From: Vulcanimicrobiota bacterium
GTDB taxonomy: Bacteria; Vulcanimicrobiota; Xenobia; Xenobiales; JADMJV01
Assembly: GCA_050250895.1 (NCBI GenBank)
Contig: JBFWNU010000003.1
Coordinates: 128,001 to 192,000, forward strand
DNA length: 64,000 nt
Direction of reading: 5' to 3'
Within the stretch, counting starts at the first letter, position 1, and each line of letters starts with the position of its first letter. The notes below the pieces were generated by a model. That model did not search any database, was not told the DNA's origin, and was given only the letters and a program-made list of their open reading frames with translations. A program made the translations under genes and the position numbers. Below, one piece after another: positions 9,650-19,599 of the stretch.

Positions 9650-10365
9650 GTCTGGAAAAGGATTTTGACGCGCTGCTCCACGGCTACGACCCGGCCATCG
9701 GCGAGTTGGCCCGCGGGGCTCGCCGGCTCATCGCTTCGGTGCGGCCCAGGGCCCACCAAGAGGTCCATCCCGGCTGGGGCGGCTATCTGCTGTTCAAGCA
9801 AGTGGCCGGGGCCGGTACCACGGTGTGCTGGCTGAGCGCCCACCAGAAGCACGTCTCGATCGGTTTTTCTCAGGGAGCCTCACTGCCCGACCCGGCGGGG
9901 TTGCTGGCCGGCACCGGCAAGCACCAGCGTCACGTCAAGATCAAGAAGCCCGTGGACCTCGAGCGCCCCGAGCTGCGCGCCCTTATCGCGGCCGCCTGGG
10001 ACCAGCAGCCAGACCCCTCCACCCTGTCCGTTGCCCTCGAGCGCGTGCGCGAGTTATGCCTGGCTTTGCCCGAGGCCTCCGAGAAGCTCTCCCACGGTCA
10101 TCCCACTTTCTTCGCTGGCAAGAAGTCCTTCGCCGTCTACGGCCTCTACTCGCCCTCGGTGGCCTTTAAAGCGCCGCTCGGCCTGCAGGTCGAACTCGAG
10201 GGCGACCCGCGCTTTTTTCCCACCCCCTACATGGCCCATCGCGGCTGGCTGTCGGTGCGCCTCGACAACGAGACCGACTGGGCGCAGGTGGCGGACCTGC
10301 TCAAGCAAAGCTACCGCGAGGTGGCCCCCGCCAAGCTGCGCAAAACTCTCGAGGCCCGCGGTTAG
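9646..10365 (+). CDS. DUF1801-like plus MmcQ/YjbR fusion protein
   Basis: N-half HVSIGFSQGASLPDPAGLLAGTGKHQRHVK; C-half ERVRELCLALPEASEKLSHGHPTF..GWLSVRL..DW. Confidence 0.8.
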   Translation: MSLEKDFDALLHGYDPAIGELARGARRLIASVRPRAHQEVHPGWGGYLLFKQVAGAGTTVCWLSAHQKHVSIGFSQGASLPDPAGLLAGTGKHQRHVKIKKPVDLERPELRALIAAAWDQQPDPSTLSVALERVRELCLALPEASEKLSHGHPTFFAGKKSFAVYGLYSPSVAFKAPLGLQVELEGDPRFFPTPYMAHRGWLSVRLDNETDWAQVADLLKQSYREVAPAKLRKTLEARG

Positions 10366-10603
10366 GCTGGCTCTGCGCCGGGGCCTCCCAACAGCAGGCT
10401 TGGCAGACAACCGAACAAGCAAGCCAGACCCAAGGCGATAGGGCCAAAGCACGAGAGCGTCCCGTGGTCGAACACCGGCGTCTGCCAGGCCCAATGGAAT
10501 CCGAGGTAGTAGCCGCCCAACGACCTGCACGAGGGGTCAAGGTTTGCTCAAGAACCAGGCCCTAAGCTGAGCAAGACCCAGCTTGGGTCGAGGAGGTTCC
10601 ACC

Positions 10604-11476
10604 GTGAAGGTCAGCTTGCCGAGACGTCTCATCAAAGCCCTGGATGACTACAGTTCGCCGCGCCCCCATACCAAGGCCGACTTCGAAGAGGCCAGCTATA
10701 TTCAGTCGGCCTTGCTTTCGGTCGAAGACGGCTTTTGCTTTATGGGTCTGGCGGGGGTGGCGGTGGCCGTGCCTCCCGCTCTGGTCTCGACTTACGTCAA
10801 TCGCAAGACGAATTCACGCACTCTGGGAGTCCTTTCGGGGGCAGCCACAGGAACGGCTATCGCCCTGGGGGTGGGCGCGATAGCGGGAGGGGCCGGTTTG
10901 GCCCTGGGAGTGGGCGGAGCTTTGGTGGGGGCTTTGGAGGGGATTCGGGGAGACAAATCCTCGGAGGTGCGGGATGCGGCCCTGGGTGGACTGATGGCCA
11001 CCGGAGCCTGGATGCCGGGGCCCAGTAAGATTGCCGCCGGCATCGGTGCGGCCCTGGGGGGCACCCGTCGCAGCAAGTGGGTTCAGGCTCTGGTGGGCGG
11101 GGCTACCGGAGCGGCTCTGGGGGGCGCCCTCGGCTTGATGGGGTTGGGCGCGGGTCCGCTGGCGGCGGCGATTCTCGGTGGGATTGGGGGCGCAGTGGGC
11201 CCGGTGGTCGGCCAGCGCTTCAACCAGTTGACCCGCAATCTGGCTTCGGATACGGCCGGGGCCGTTCACAAGCTGGCCGAGCGATTTCGCAAGACCAGAC
11301 CGTCAGAAGAGGCGGCTCTGGTGGTGGGGTCCTTTCCGGCCCAGGCCGTGCACGAGTTCGCCGAGATCGCTATCAACTCCGACGGCAATCTGGCCGCCAT
11401 CGGACTGGGATTGGGCTTGGAAACGGCCGCCATGGTCCATTCGCTACTATGCTACAAGCCAGCCAAGCAGGGGTAG
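10604..11476 (+). CDS. Gly/Ala-rich (glycine-zipper) membrane protein
   Basis: AGGAGG at 10591 precedes GTG 10604; repeated GxxxG hydrophobic segments. Confidence 0.7.
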   Translation: MKVSLPRRLIKALDDYSSPRPHTKADFEEASYIQSALLSVEDGFCFMGLAGVAVAVPPALVSTYVNRKTNSRTLGVLSGAATGTAIALGVGAIAGGAGLALGVGGALVGALEGIRGDKSSEVRDAALGGLMATGAWMPGPSKIAAGIGAALGGTRRSKWVQALVGGATGAALGGALGLMGLGAGPLAAAILGGIGGAVGPVVGQRFNQLTRNLASDTAGAVHKLAERFRKTRPSEEAALVVGSFPAQAVHEFAEIAINSDGNLAAIGLGLGLETAAMVHSLLCYKPAKQG

Positions 11477-11509
11477 TGGCCGTCGCTGATTCCAGCTACA
11501 ATGGGAGCG

Positions 11510-11986
11510 ATGGTCCAGGCAATGTGTGCGAAGACGGGGAGGGTCTGGTTGGGCGTAGGGTTGACTTGTACGGTTGGCCTTTTGGGGATCATCCTGACGG
11601 GTTGGGACTTGACCTCCACCCGATGGCAACGGGCAGACGCCGAGCAACGGCTCTTTCAGGGACTCGACGGTGTGAGTCTGGGGATGGATAGAGGCTCGCT
11701 CCTGAAGCGACTGCAGGCCGACCCCTGGTTGGCCCAGAGAGTCAGCCAACGTTCGCTCTGGGTGGAACAGCCCGATGACCAACTCGTTCTCGAAGCGATC
11801 CCGAACTCCAGTGTGGCCGCGGTTGCCATCCTGGATTTCGAGCACGGGCGATTGCGCAGGATACGCTATCGGACCTGGGACGATGGTGTCAGACCTGCAC
11901 CTGGGGCCCCGCCGGACCGCGAAGCAGATTTTTTTCAGGGCGGGCGACTAGACTCGAGCTATGCTCGTCGGTCCACGCCTTTTTAG
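11510..11986 (+). CDS. membrane-anchored hypothetical protein
   Basis: N-terminal TM segment; TACAAT 7 nt upstream of ATG 11510. Confidence 0.55.
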   Translation: MVQAMCAKTGRVWLGVGLTCTVGLLGIILTGWDLTSTRWQRADAEQRLFQGLDGVSLGMDRGSLLKRLQADPWLAQRVSQRSLWVEQPDDQLVLEAIPNSSVAAVAILDFEHGRLRRIRYRTWDDGVRPAPGAPPDREADFFQGGRLDSSYARRSTPF

Positions 11987-13610
11987 TTACTCTCACCGTC
12001 CGCCCGTTCTCACGGCGGGTTTCCCAAGCTCCATTCCCGATAGCGTTCAGCTCGGGACAGACCTGCCCAACGCGACCCTGTTGGCCCAGGAACTCGAGCA
12101 GGCCAAGGAGAGTTGTCCCAACGGAATCGCTGCGTCACCCGAGAAACGTGGGTTGCAGAAGGCCGACACGGCTCTGGCCCAGCAGGCCGGGCTGGTTGCG
12201 TCCGGGCCGGCGGCGAACGCGGTGGCTGCTCAGCAAAGCGAGTTTCGGCGTGGCGTGTGCCCCTATCTGGCCACCATGGGCAAGGTCGAGCAGGGAGTGC
12301 TCGAGCCGGAGGCGGTCGGCAAGCTCGAGTTCGCCTCGAGCCTGATTCGCAATCACGGCAATGCAGCTGTTCTCTTCGAGGAGATGCACACCGCCCACGG
12401 CAGCACGTTCCAGGTCCAGGGAGCCAGCGGTCCAATCCTTTTCGACACTCGTCCCGAGACGGTCGAGCAATTGCTGGTGCGCACCGAGGATCCTCGCAAT
12501 CCACCGCTGTTTCAGAAATCGGCCGTGGCTTCCCACGGTATGGCCGGCCTGTTCGGGACCGACAATGTGTTTCTCAACGACGGTCCCGGCTGGAAGCTCA
12601 GTCGTCAGGCGGTGATGCCTTACTTTTCTTCCAAGCATGTCCATACCGACGAGCGAGTAGCGGCTATCGACGCCATTGTAGGGCGCCATCTCGATCGTCT
12701 GGGCGAGCGGGTGGGCCCCGGCGCCGTGGTCGACCTGCAGGAGGTGATGGAGAAGACCACCCTCGACGTCGCTCTCAACCACATTTTCAGCGCCGATCTT
12801 ACACCGGCGCGCCTGGACGAGATTCACGCCGCCTTCGCGGTGGCCATGCAGGCCTCGGCGAAAGAGACGATGCTACCGGGCTCGTCCAGCCGGGCCGATG
12901 AGAGCGCTCGGGCCCGGGTCAAGCAAGCTTACTCCACCCTTGAGTCTTTCGCCGACGAGCTGATCGCCGGGCGGCGTAGCCAGGGAGTGGGCCAGCGAGA
13001 CGCCCTCGACGGCTTGCTGTCGATGCGGCATCCCGACACCGGGCTGGGGCCCTCCGACAGCCAGCTACGCCACGAGATCTTGACCCTGATGCTGGCTGGT
13101 CACGAGACCACCGCCAGTCTATTGGGTTGGACGCTGTGCGAACTGGCTCGCAATCCGGAGGGGCAGGCCCAGGCGCGCGCCGAGATCGAGCGCGAGATCG
13201 GTTCGGCCGAACCCGGATTTCGCAGCCTGAAGGGTCTGCAAGGTGTGCACGACGCCTGGTTCCAGAGTGCGGTGGACCACACTCCCAGCTTCTTGATCGC
13301 CCGCCAGGCGGTGAACGACACCCTGGTCGGGCCCGAGGGCGCCCAGGTCGAAGTGAAAAAGGGCACCACCATTCTGGCCAGCATTCGGCACGCCAATCAG
13401 ACTCGCTCGGCCAGCGGCAGCACCAAGGTTTTCTCCTTTGGTGGAGGGCCGCGCATGTGCATCGGTCAAATGCTGGCCCGGCTCGAGGCCGAGCTTGTCA
13501 TGACGCGCTTTCTGCAGCGGTTTGAAGTGAGCGCTCAAGGGCCTCTCCAGACCGCCTCGGGGCTATCGGCTCATCCCCACGACGCCCGGGTCGAAGTCAA
13601 GCCGCGCTAG
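11961..13610 (+). CDS. cytochrome P450, atypical
   Basis: I-helix LAGHETTA; heme motif FGGGPRMCIG; ExxR replaced by QSAVD. Confidence 0.88.
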   Translation: MLVGPRLFSYSHRPPVLTAGFPSSIPDSVQLGTDLPNATLLAQELEQAKESCPNGIAASPEKRGLQKADTALAQQAGLVASGPAANAVAAQQSEFRRGVCPYLATMGKVEQGVLEPEAVGKLEFASSLIRNHGNAAVLFEEMHTAHGSTFQVQGASGPILFDTRPETVEQLLVRTEDPRNPPLFQKSAVASHGMAGLFGTDNVFLNDGPGWKLSRQAVMPYFSSKHVHTDERVAAIDAIVGRHLDRLGERVGPGAVVDLQEVMEKTTLDVALNHIFSADLTPARLDEIHAAFAVAMQASAKETMLPGSSSRADESARARVKQAYSTLESFADELIAGRRSQGVGQRDALDGLLSMRHPDTGLGPSDSQLRHEILTLMLAGHETTASLLGWTLCELARNPEGQAQARAEIEREIGSAEPGFRSLKGLQGVHDAWFQSAVDHTPSFLIARQAVNDTLVGPEGAQVEVKKGTTILASIRHANQTRSASGSTKVFSFGGGPRMCIGQMLARLEAELVMTRFLQRFEVSAQGPLQTASGLSAHPHDARVEVKPR

Positions 13611-14977
13611 CGGCCTTTGCCGATCGAGAAGCCCCCAATGGTGATGGCCTCTTCGTCCTCCTCGAGCCTGGTGGTGGGCTCGCTGGCCGTGGCTAGATCT
13701 CGCATTTCTTCCACGGCTTCTTGGTGCTGGCGGCGAGCCTCGCGCACGGCCCCGTAGTTATCGTGGAAGCCTCCGGCCGCCCCGAGCACGGCGCCAGCCG
13801 CGACCAACGGCAAGGTGGCCTGGGGCCCGAGCCAGGCGCTCAGGCCGCCTCCGACGGCTGCCCCCACCAGGCTGGCCCCTCCCACCTCGGGCACTCCGCC
13901 TAACAGCAGGCCCGAGACACCCGATAGGATGGCCGCCGAGAAGAAGCCTGGCCAGCCATAGGCGTGGGTAAGGGCGGCCGTGCCACCCAGCACTCCGGCC
14001 GTAACCAATCCGCCCACCAGCGTGCGCCGGATGAGGTTCTCGGTGGGGCCCGAACGGGCTCGTCCGCTTTCGCCTTCGAGGCCGGCGGCCAGGCCTACCA
14101 GCCCCGAGCCGAGGGTCAGCGAGGCGGCCAATCCTGGGCCTCCATAGGCTCCACAAGCGGCCAGGGCGCCGGTGATGAGAGCGCCGGGGATGATGGCTTC
14201 GCCGGCCTTGGTAAAGGCGGCTAGCCCGGCCGCGCCGGACAGGGCCGACACGATGGCGCCGGGGACCTGATGGCCGGCCCCCAGGGCGGCGCTGCCGCCA
14301 AAAAAAGCCGCCATGGTGGAGGCCCCCACCAGGGCCGCCCCGGCCTGGGCTTGCCGGCCGTCGAGGTTCTTGGCGTAGTTCTCGTCTTGAAAGGTGCCCA
14401 CGATTCCCAGGCCCGCCCCCACGGCGGCAATGGGTATCAGCAATCCGGGTGAGGCCATGGCGCAGCCACCCAGGCCGGCCGACAAGACGGTGCCGACCGT
14501 GGCCAGTTCGGGGGCTTCGGCCACGGCTGCCGTGCTGAGAAAAGTGGTCAGCCCTCCGCTCACCAGGCCGGGAAAGCCGTAGTTGACGGCCATGGCGCCC
14601 GTGCCCGCGGCCAGTCCCGCTCCCAGCAAACCGTGGCTGGCCAGCTTGAAAGCGGCCTCGGCAACCGGGCCAGGTGGAGAGGACTTGAATTCGTCACGCA
14701 GGCTCAGATAGGCTCCCACCGCTCCGCCCGCTGCCGCCAGCGGAAGGGCCATTTGGGGGCCGCCGTAGGCTCCGCAAGCGGCCTGAATGCCTCCCACCGC
14801 CATGGCCGGTAGCGCCGCTTCGCCGGCCTGGGTCCAGGCGGCCAGACCGATGCCTGTGCCCACGCTGCCGGCCGCTCCAAGCCACGGATTCACCCCGCCC
14901 AGGGCCACGTTGGCCCCGGCCAGGGTGGCCCCGCCCAGGCCAGCGCCGACGACTCTGGTGAAGGAGGAGACTTTCAC
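13607..14977 (-). CDS. Gly/Ala-rich multi-pass membrane protein with internal duplication
   Basis: Repeated 'AGEA..P......AACGAYGGP' units; acidic C-terminal tail ending ITIGGFSIGKGR. Confidence 0.78.
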   Translation of the reverse strand: MKVSSFTRVVGAGLGGATLAGANVALGGVNPWLGAAGSVGTGIGLAAWTQAGEAALPAMAVGGIQAACGAYGGPQMALPLAAAGGAVGAYLSLRDEFKSSPPGPVAEAAFKLASHGLLGAGLAAGTGAMAVNYGFPGLVSGGLTTFLSTAAVAEAPELATVGTVLSAGLGGCAMASPGLLIPIAAVGAGLGIVGTFQDENYAKNLDGRQAQAGAALVGASTMAAFFGGSAALGAGHQVPGAIVSALSGAAGLAAFTKAGEAIIPGALITGALAACGAYGGPGLAASLTLGSGLVGLAAGLEGESGRARSGPTENLIRRTLVGGLVTAGVLGGTAALTHAYGWPGFFSAAILSGVSGLLLGGVPEVGGASLVGAAVGGGLSAWLGPQATLPLVAAGAVLGAAGGFHDNYGAVREARRQHQEAVEEMRDLATASEPTTRLEEDEEAITIGGFSIGKGR

Positions 14978-15011
14978 CGGGTCAGGCTAGCCGCCGGGCG
15001 TCAAAAATCCA

Positions 15012-16187
15012 TTAATAGTAGTCGCGGCGGAAACGCTCGCTGTCGGGCTTTTGGAATTCGGGAGCCTGGCTCCACTTGCGGGAACGCTGGGGCGGAGTGT
15101 AGTCGTTGCGCGGCACCGGCTGCGAGTAGGTCGGGGCTGGCCGCGGCGGCGGTGTGTAGCTGGGCGCGCTTGGCTCCGAGCGTCTCGACCTGCGTCGAGG
15201 TCGCTCGCGAAACTCTTCTTCTTCGTCGTCTTCGTAGCGCGGCCGGTGGGTGGGATAGGCCGGACCGCCGGAGAGTCTGGCCGGAGTGCGGGGCTCACGG
15301 CTGACCACGGCGGGATTTGGCTTGGGTCGGGGAGCCGAGTAACTGTAAGCATGATCCAACTGCTGGTAGGCGGCTAGAGCGCTGCTGTCGTCGGGGTTGA
15401 GCTTGTAAGCCCGATAGTAGTGCTGGGTGGCCGCGCCCCGGTCGCCCTGGGCTTTCTCGGCATCGGCCAGCAAGTGATAGGCTTTGCCCAACTGCCAACC
15501 GACGCCGCCGTTGGCTTCGAACAGCTCGAGAGAGCGCCGGGCGCAGGTAGCCGCCTCGGCGGGATCCGTGGCCAGGGCGGCCTGACCCAGCTTCAGGGTG
15601 GCCATGGCCTGGCTGCGGGCCTGCTTCTGCAATCGCTCCTCGCAGGCCATGGCTTCAGCCAGGGCGCCGTGCACCTGACTGTAGTATTCGAGTGCCTCGG
15701 CATCGCGACCCAGGTCTCGGAGCACGTCGGCTTGCAGCGCCATAGCCTGCTGCAGTTCGAGAGGAGCCTTGAGTCGAGCGTAAATCTGGCGGGCCTGGTC
15801 GACTTCGGCCAGGGCCTTCTCGTCGGCTTTGGCGCGATGGTGTGCCTGAGCCTCCTGGAAGAGGTCGTTGGCCTGACTGAGCTGACGCCGACCGATCAGG
15901 GTGGGCACCAGCATGAAGGCGACCAGCAGGCAAACCAGGGCCGCTCCCAACCCCGCCGCCGAGAACCAGCTCAGCCAGGAAGGACCGGGCTCGGGAAGGA
16001 CCGGCACCACCTGGCGCAGGTCCAGACCCAGGTTACTTCTGAGCTGGGGGTTAGGGGGGCGATCCCGACAACGGGCCAGCATGGCCGCCTCGACGGGCCC
16101 GGCGTCGCTCTCATCGGTATAAAAACAGTTGGGGCAGGCGGAGCCCAGAAAATCAGCGGAGCGACATTGAGGACAGACGGCAGACAT
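15012..16187 (-). CDS. Zn-ribbon, TM and TPR protein
   Basis: CPQC...CPNC; one TM helix; TPR-like helices; Pro/Arg-rich tail. Confidence 0.78.
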   Translation of the reverse strand: MSAVCPQCRSADFLGSACPNCFYTDESDAGPVEAAMLARCRDRPPNPQLRSNLGLDLRQVVPVLPEPGPSWLSWFSAAGLGAALVCLLVAFMLVPTLIGRRQLSQANDLFQEAQAHHRAKADEKALAEVDQARQIYARLKAPLELQQAMALQADVLRDLGRDAEALEYYSQVHGALAEAMACEERLQKQARSQAMATLKLGQAALATDPAEAATCARRSLELFEANGGVGWQLGKAYHLLADAEKAQGDRGAATQHYYRAYKLNPDDSSALAAYQQLDHAYSYSAPRPKPNPAVVSREPRTPARLSGGPAYPTHRPRYEDDEEEEFRERPRRRSRRSEPSAPSYTPPPRPAPTYSQPVPRNDYTPPQRSRKWSQAPEFQKPDSERFRRDYY

Positions 16188-16192
16188 CGACG

Positions 16193-17008
16193 CTATCTAG
16201 ATTCGGCGTCAGTAGGTGAATCCTTCTCGGAGATCAGCCCGCGGTCGCGAAGATACCAGTAGAAGAAGGCTCCCAGCGCCAGACTCACCAGGCTCAGCCA
16301 GTGGGCGGGCGTGATGGTGCCGGCCACGTAGTGGGTGCCGTAGTCGCCTCGGAAGAACTCTACCAGAGAACGATTGATGGGATAGATCATCACCAGCAGG
16401 CAGAAGACCTGACCGTCAAATTTCTTGCGCTGGTGGACCCAGGCCAGGAAAGCGTAGAGACAAAGGCTGAGAAAGGCATCGTAGAGTTGGCAAGGGTGGA
16501 CGCCGATACCGGCCGTCGGATGGTCGGCCGGAAAGTGGATGGCCCAGGGCAGGTCGGTCGGACGCCCATAGCAGCAGCCACTCATCAGGCAGCCGAAGCG
16601 GCCGAAGGCGGCGCCTAAAGCTCCGCTGGGGGCCAGGGCGTCGCCCAGCTGCCAGCGGTCGACCCCCCGATGCCAGGTAAACAACAGCACCGCCACCACC
16701 GAGCCCACCAGGCCCCCATAAAAGACGAGTCCTCCCCGGCGCAGCATGAAGATCTCGAGCCAGGGGGCGCTGGGAAAGGCCGGGTTCTGCATCATCTCGT
16801 CCCAGTAGGTGATGCAATAGAACAGGCGTGACCCCACGATCACTCCGATCACAATCCACATGGTCGAGTCGAGCACGGTTTGGCGGTCCAGGCCGTAGCG
16901 CTCTCCGCGCCGGCCGGCCGTCCAGGAGCCGAGCATGAACCCGGCAGCCGCTAGCAAGCCGTACCAGTGGATGGCCAGAGAGCCTATGGAGAAAGCAACT
17001 TTATGCAT
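16193..17008 (-). CDS. lgt: prolipoprotein diacylglyceryl transferase
   Basis: IHWYG, GGLVFYGG, FGRFGC, HPCQLY and VEFFRGD motifs. Confidence 0.95.
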   Translation of the reverse strand: MHKVAFSIGSLAIHWYGLLAAAGFMLGSWTAGRRGERYGLDRQTVLDSTMWIVIGVIVGSRLFYCITYWDEMMQNPAFPSAPWLEIFMLRRGGLVFYGGLVGSVVAVLLFTWHRGVDRWQLGDALAPSGALGAAFGRFGCLMSGCCYGRPTDLPWAIHFPADHPTAGIGVHPCQLYDAFLSLCLYAFLAWVHQRKKFDGQVFCLLVMIYPINRSLVEFFRGDYGTHYVAGTITPAHWLSLVSLALGAFFYWYLRDRGLISEKDSPTDAESR

Positions 17009-17055
17009 TGTCTGGGGCGGGAATTCTCGTTTGGTTCCGGAACTCTTCCTCTCAG

Positions 17056-18861
17056 GTGTCTATTCCTGGGCCTCAGCCGCCCGACTCGATCGAAACGATG
17101 CTGGGTCAGTACCGAGAGGCCGGCAGTGTCGATTCGGAAGGTCGTTTCACCTTAGACCCGCGCCGCGCTCGTGAGTTGCTGCGGGAGTTTCAGCTTGCCC
17201 AGCCCGAGCACTATATCCTGCATCTTCTCTCTTATGCCGTGGCCGCAGGGGCCGAGCACATCGAGGTGGGAGTGGGCGACCAGTCGGTCAGTCTGACCCA
17301 TGACGGCCAACTGCCGACCATGGCCGAACTGGAGTCTCCTTTCTCGGCGCTCTTGAGCAACGATCATCAACGCCAGGCTCCGCGAGAATTCGCCATCGCT
17401 CTCAACAGCCTGCTGGCCAACCCTGATAACGACCTTCGCCTGACCTGTCCGAGCGCGGAAGGTGGCTGGCTGGCTTTCTACAGCCCCAAGGAGCAGCGGG
17501 TGGAGCCGCTAGCAAAGCCCCCTCAAGGACTGCGCATCGAGATCTTTCGCTCGCTCCCTCGCTCCCAACGGGCGCAGGTCGAAATCGATGTGATTCGTGA
17601 TCATTTCAAATACTGCCCGGCCGACATCAGGGTCAACGGCCGGCCCATTACCGAATCGGTTTCGCCGGGGCCTTGCACCGCCTGGCTCGAGTTGACCGCC
17701 GAGCCTGGCAGCCCGGCCACTCGCATGCGGGTGGCGGCCGCCCCGGCCGACTATCACGAGCGGAAAGAGCATGCCCTGCGCTGCTCGGCCCTGATTAGCG
17801 TCGGCGGAGAGCGCTCGGGATTGCAGATCGTGTATCTGGGGCGCCTCTATCCGATGCCGCTGGGTTGGGAGTTCGAAGGTCTGGAACTCTCGATCGGGGT
17901 GACCGTCGCCACCGACCGCCTCAAGAAAGACCTCTCGGGTGGCCAGTTGGTGGAGGATAAGGTCCTGGCCAACCTCCGTCGCTATCTGCAGCAACAGACC
18001 GCCTGGCTTTTGACCCGCATGGTGGGGGCACGGCCTAGAATCGAGCTCAGCGCAGGGCTGCTGCCGGCGCTCGAGTGGGTCGTGACGTGCTTGAGCCGGG
18101 CCGGCCAGTATGAGCAGGCGCATCACCTGCAAACCATCCTTTGTCAGTGGTGGCGCGACCGTGAAGGAGCCGCCCCGGCTGGGGCCGTCTTCTATCGCCT
18201 CGGCCTGCTGAGCCAAAAGCTGGGGCTCGGGCACGAGACCACCTCGCACTTCGAGCTCGCCGACCTGCATTGGAGGCGACTCGGACGCCAGCTCCAGGTC
18301 GGCGACGAAGTGGTCCCGGCCAAGCTGCAGGTAGACTGGCTTCGGCTCCGGGCCAGTGCCGAGCTGTTCGGCCAGTTGCCCGCTCACGAGGCCACCCGCT
18401 TGCTGACCGTCACCCGCACGGCGCGCGACCTGGGCTTGCCTCGCCTGGTCAAGGCCAGTTCGGAGATTTTGCTGGTCAACGGGGCGGCCGGCGAGGCCAA
18501 CCGGTTGGAGGTGACGGCCGCCCTGGCCGGAGCACTGTTCGAACTAAGAGAGTCAGACCGCAGCCTTGAACTTTACGAGGCGATCTGGGCGCTCGGTGAG
18601 CCTCTCGAATCCTCGTTGCCCACCGCCGCTCGGCTGCAAGCTCGCGAGAACTTCGCCGTGTTGCTGGCCGAGCAGGGCCGTTTCGAAGCTGCCCGCGATC
18701 ATCTGCTGATTGCTCTGTCGGCGCGCAAGGAACAGTTGGGCGAGTCGTCCCCCGCCGTTCTTCAGCTGGCCCTGCGCCTGAGCGTGGTCTTCGCCGCTCT
18801 GGGCCAGAACCAGGAGTCCGAGCAGTTGCGAGCCTGGATCGCAAGTTTACAAAAGGCCTGA
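17056..18861 (+). CDS. TPR protein with N-terminal 'SEGRFTLD..RARELLREFQL' domain
   Basis: Paralogous N-terminus to 6694..7962; C-terminal TPR-like ENFAVLLAEQGRFEAA; start uncertain (GTG 17056 or ATG 17098). Confidence 0.75.
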   Translation: MSIPGPQPPDSIETMLGQYREAGSVDSEGRFTLDPRRARELLREFQLAQPEHYILHLLSYAVAAGAEHIEVGVGDQSVSLTHDGQLPTMAELESPFSALLSNDHQRQAPREFAIALNSLLANPDNDLRLTCPSAEGGWLAFYSPKEQRVEPLAKPPQGLRIEIFRSLPRSQRAQVEIDVIRDHFKYCPADIRVNGRPITESVSPGPCTAWLELTAEPGSPATRMRVAAAPADYHERKEHALRCSALISVGGERSGLQIVYLGRLYPMPLGWEFEGLELSIGVTVATDRLKKDLSGGQLVEDKVLANLRRYLQQQTAWLLTRMVGARPRIELSAGLLPALEWVVTCLSRAGQYEQAHHLQTILCQWWRDREGAAPAGAVFYRLGLLSQKLGLGHETTSHFELADLHWRRLGRQLQVGDEVVPAKLQVDWLRLRASAELFGQLPAHEATRLLTVTRTARDLGLPRLVKASSEILLVNGAAGEANRLEVTAALAGALFELRESDRSLELYEAIWALGEPLESSLPTAARLQARENFAVLLAEQGRFEAARDHLLIALSARKEQLGESSPAVLQLALRLSVVFAALGQNQESEQLRAWIASLQKA

Positions 18862-18979
18862 AGCTGTTAACATTGCTCCGAAAAATTTTACAAAGTGTGT
18901 CTTTAATTTTTATGGACTTTTTCAGAGCCGGCTCCCATAATGGAATGAACACACGCCAGTGTTATCAGGAGGGTCCAAC

Positions 18980-19537
18980 ATGTCACTTTACTTTCCCACC
19001 GAAGTAGCCGGCCAGGGCATTCGCATCGGCATCGGCGATTACGATCACAACGGTAAGATCGACTTCGACTTCGGCCTGCAGGGTTTCAACGCCTGGGGCA
19101 ACGGCGTCAGCGGAGGCTATAACTCCACCGAAATCGGCTACGGCACTGCCCGTGGAGCCTACGTCGAAAACAGCAACGGCTCCTACACCCCCTGGGCTCG
19201 CCAGGACAATCACTGGGGCGCCGACTCTTGGGGCAACCACGGTTCTTCGACCTACCAGGACGTTTTCGGCAATTACCAAAACCATCGCTACGCCAACGAT
19301 GTCTTCGGCAACTATTCCTACGGCGACACCCAGGCCACGCCGTGGAGCTATTCTGACCGCAACGCTTCTGGGAACTCTTACTGGGGCAACCACCACGAGA
19401 GCGGCCGCTACGCCGACGCTTTCGGCAACCGGGGCAGCTACAATGTGCCCGGCTGCGTGCCCAACTATGGCTGCCGCGACTATTGCTGCGGCGGCGGTGT
19501 CCAGGTCAATGCCTGGTTCGGCGGCTGCTTCGGCTAG
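18980..19537 (+). CDS. Gly/Asn/Tyr-rich hypothetical protein with Cys-rich tail
   Basis: AGGAGG upstream of ATG 18980; strongly biased codon usage; followed by a hairpin. Confidence 0.8.
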   Translation: MSLYFPTEVAGQGIRIGIGDYDHNGKIDFDFGLQGFNAWGNGVSGGYNSTEIGYGTARGAYVENSNGSYTPWARQDNHWGADSWGNHGSSTYQDVFGNYQNHRYANDVFGNYSYGDTQATPWSYSDRNASGNSYWGNHHESGRYADAFGNRGSYNVPGCVPNYGCRDYCCGGGVQVNAWFGGCFG

Positions 19538-19553
19538 ACCGTCCCGACCTACG

Positions 19554-19582
19554 AAGAAAGGCAGCCAGTGGCTGCCTTTCTT
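19554..19582. terminator. intrinsic terminator-like hairpin
   Basis: aagaaaggcagcca-g-tggctgcctttctt perfect inverted repeat. Confidence 0.7.
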
Positions 19583-19599
19583 GGCTTTAGGGGGAAATC

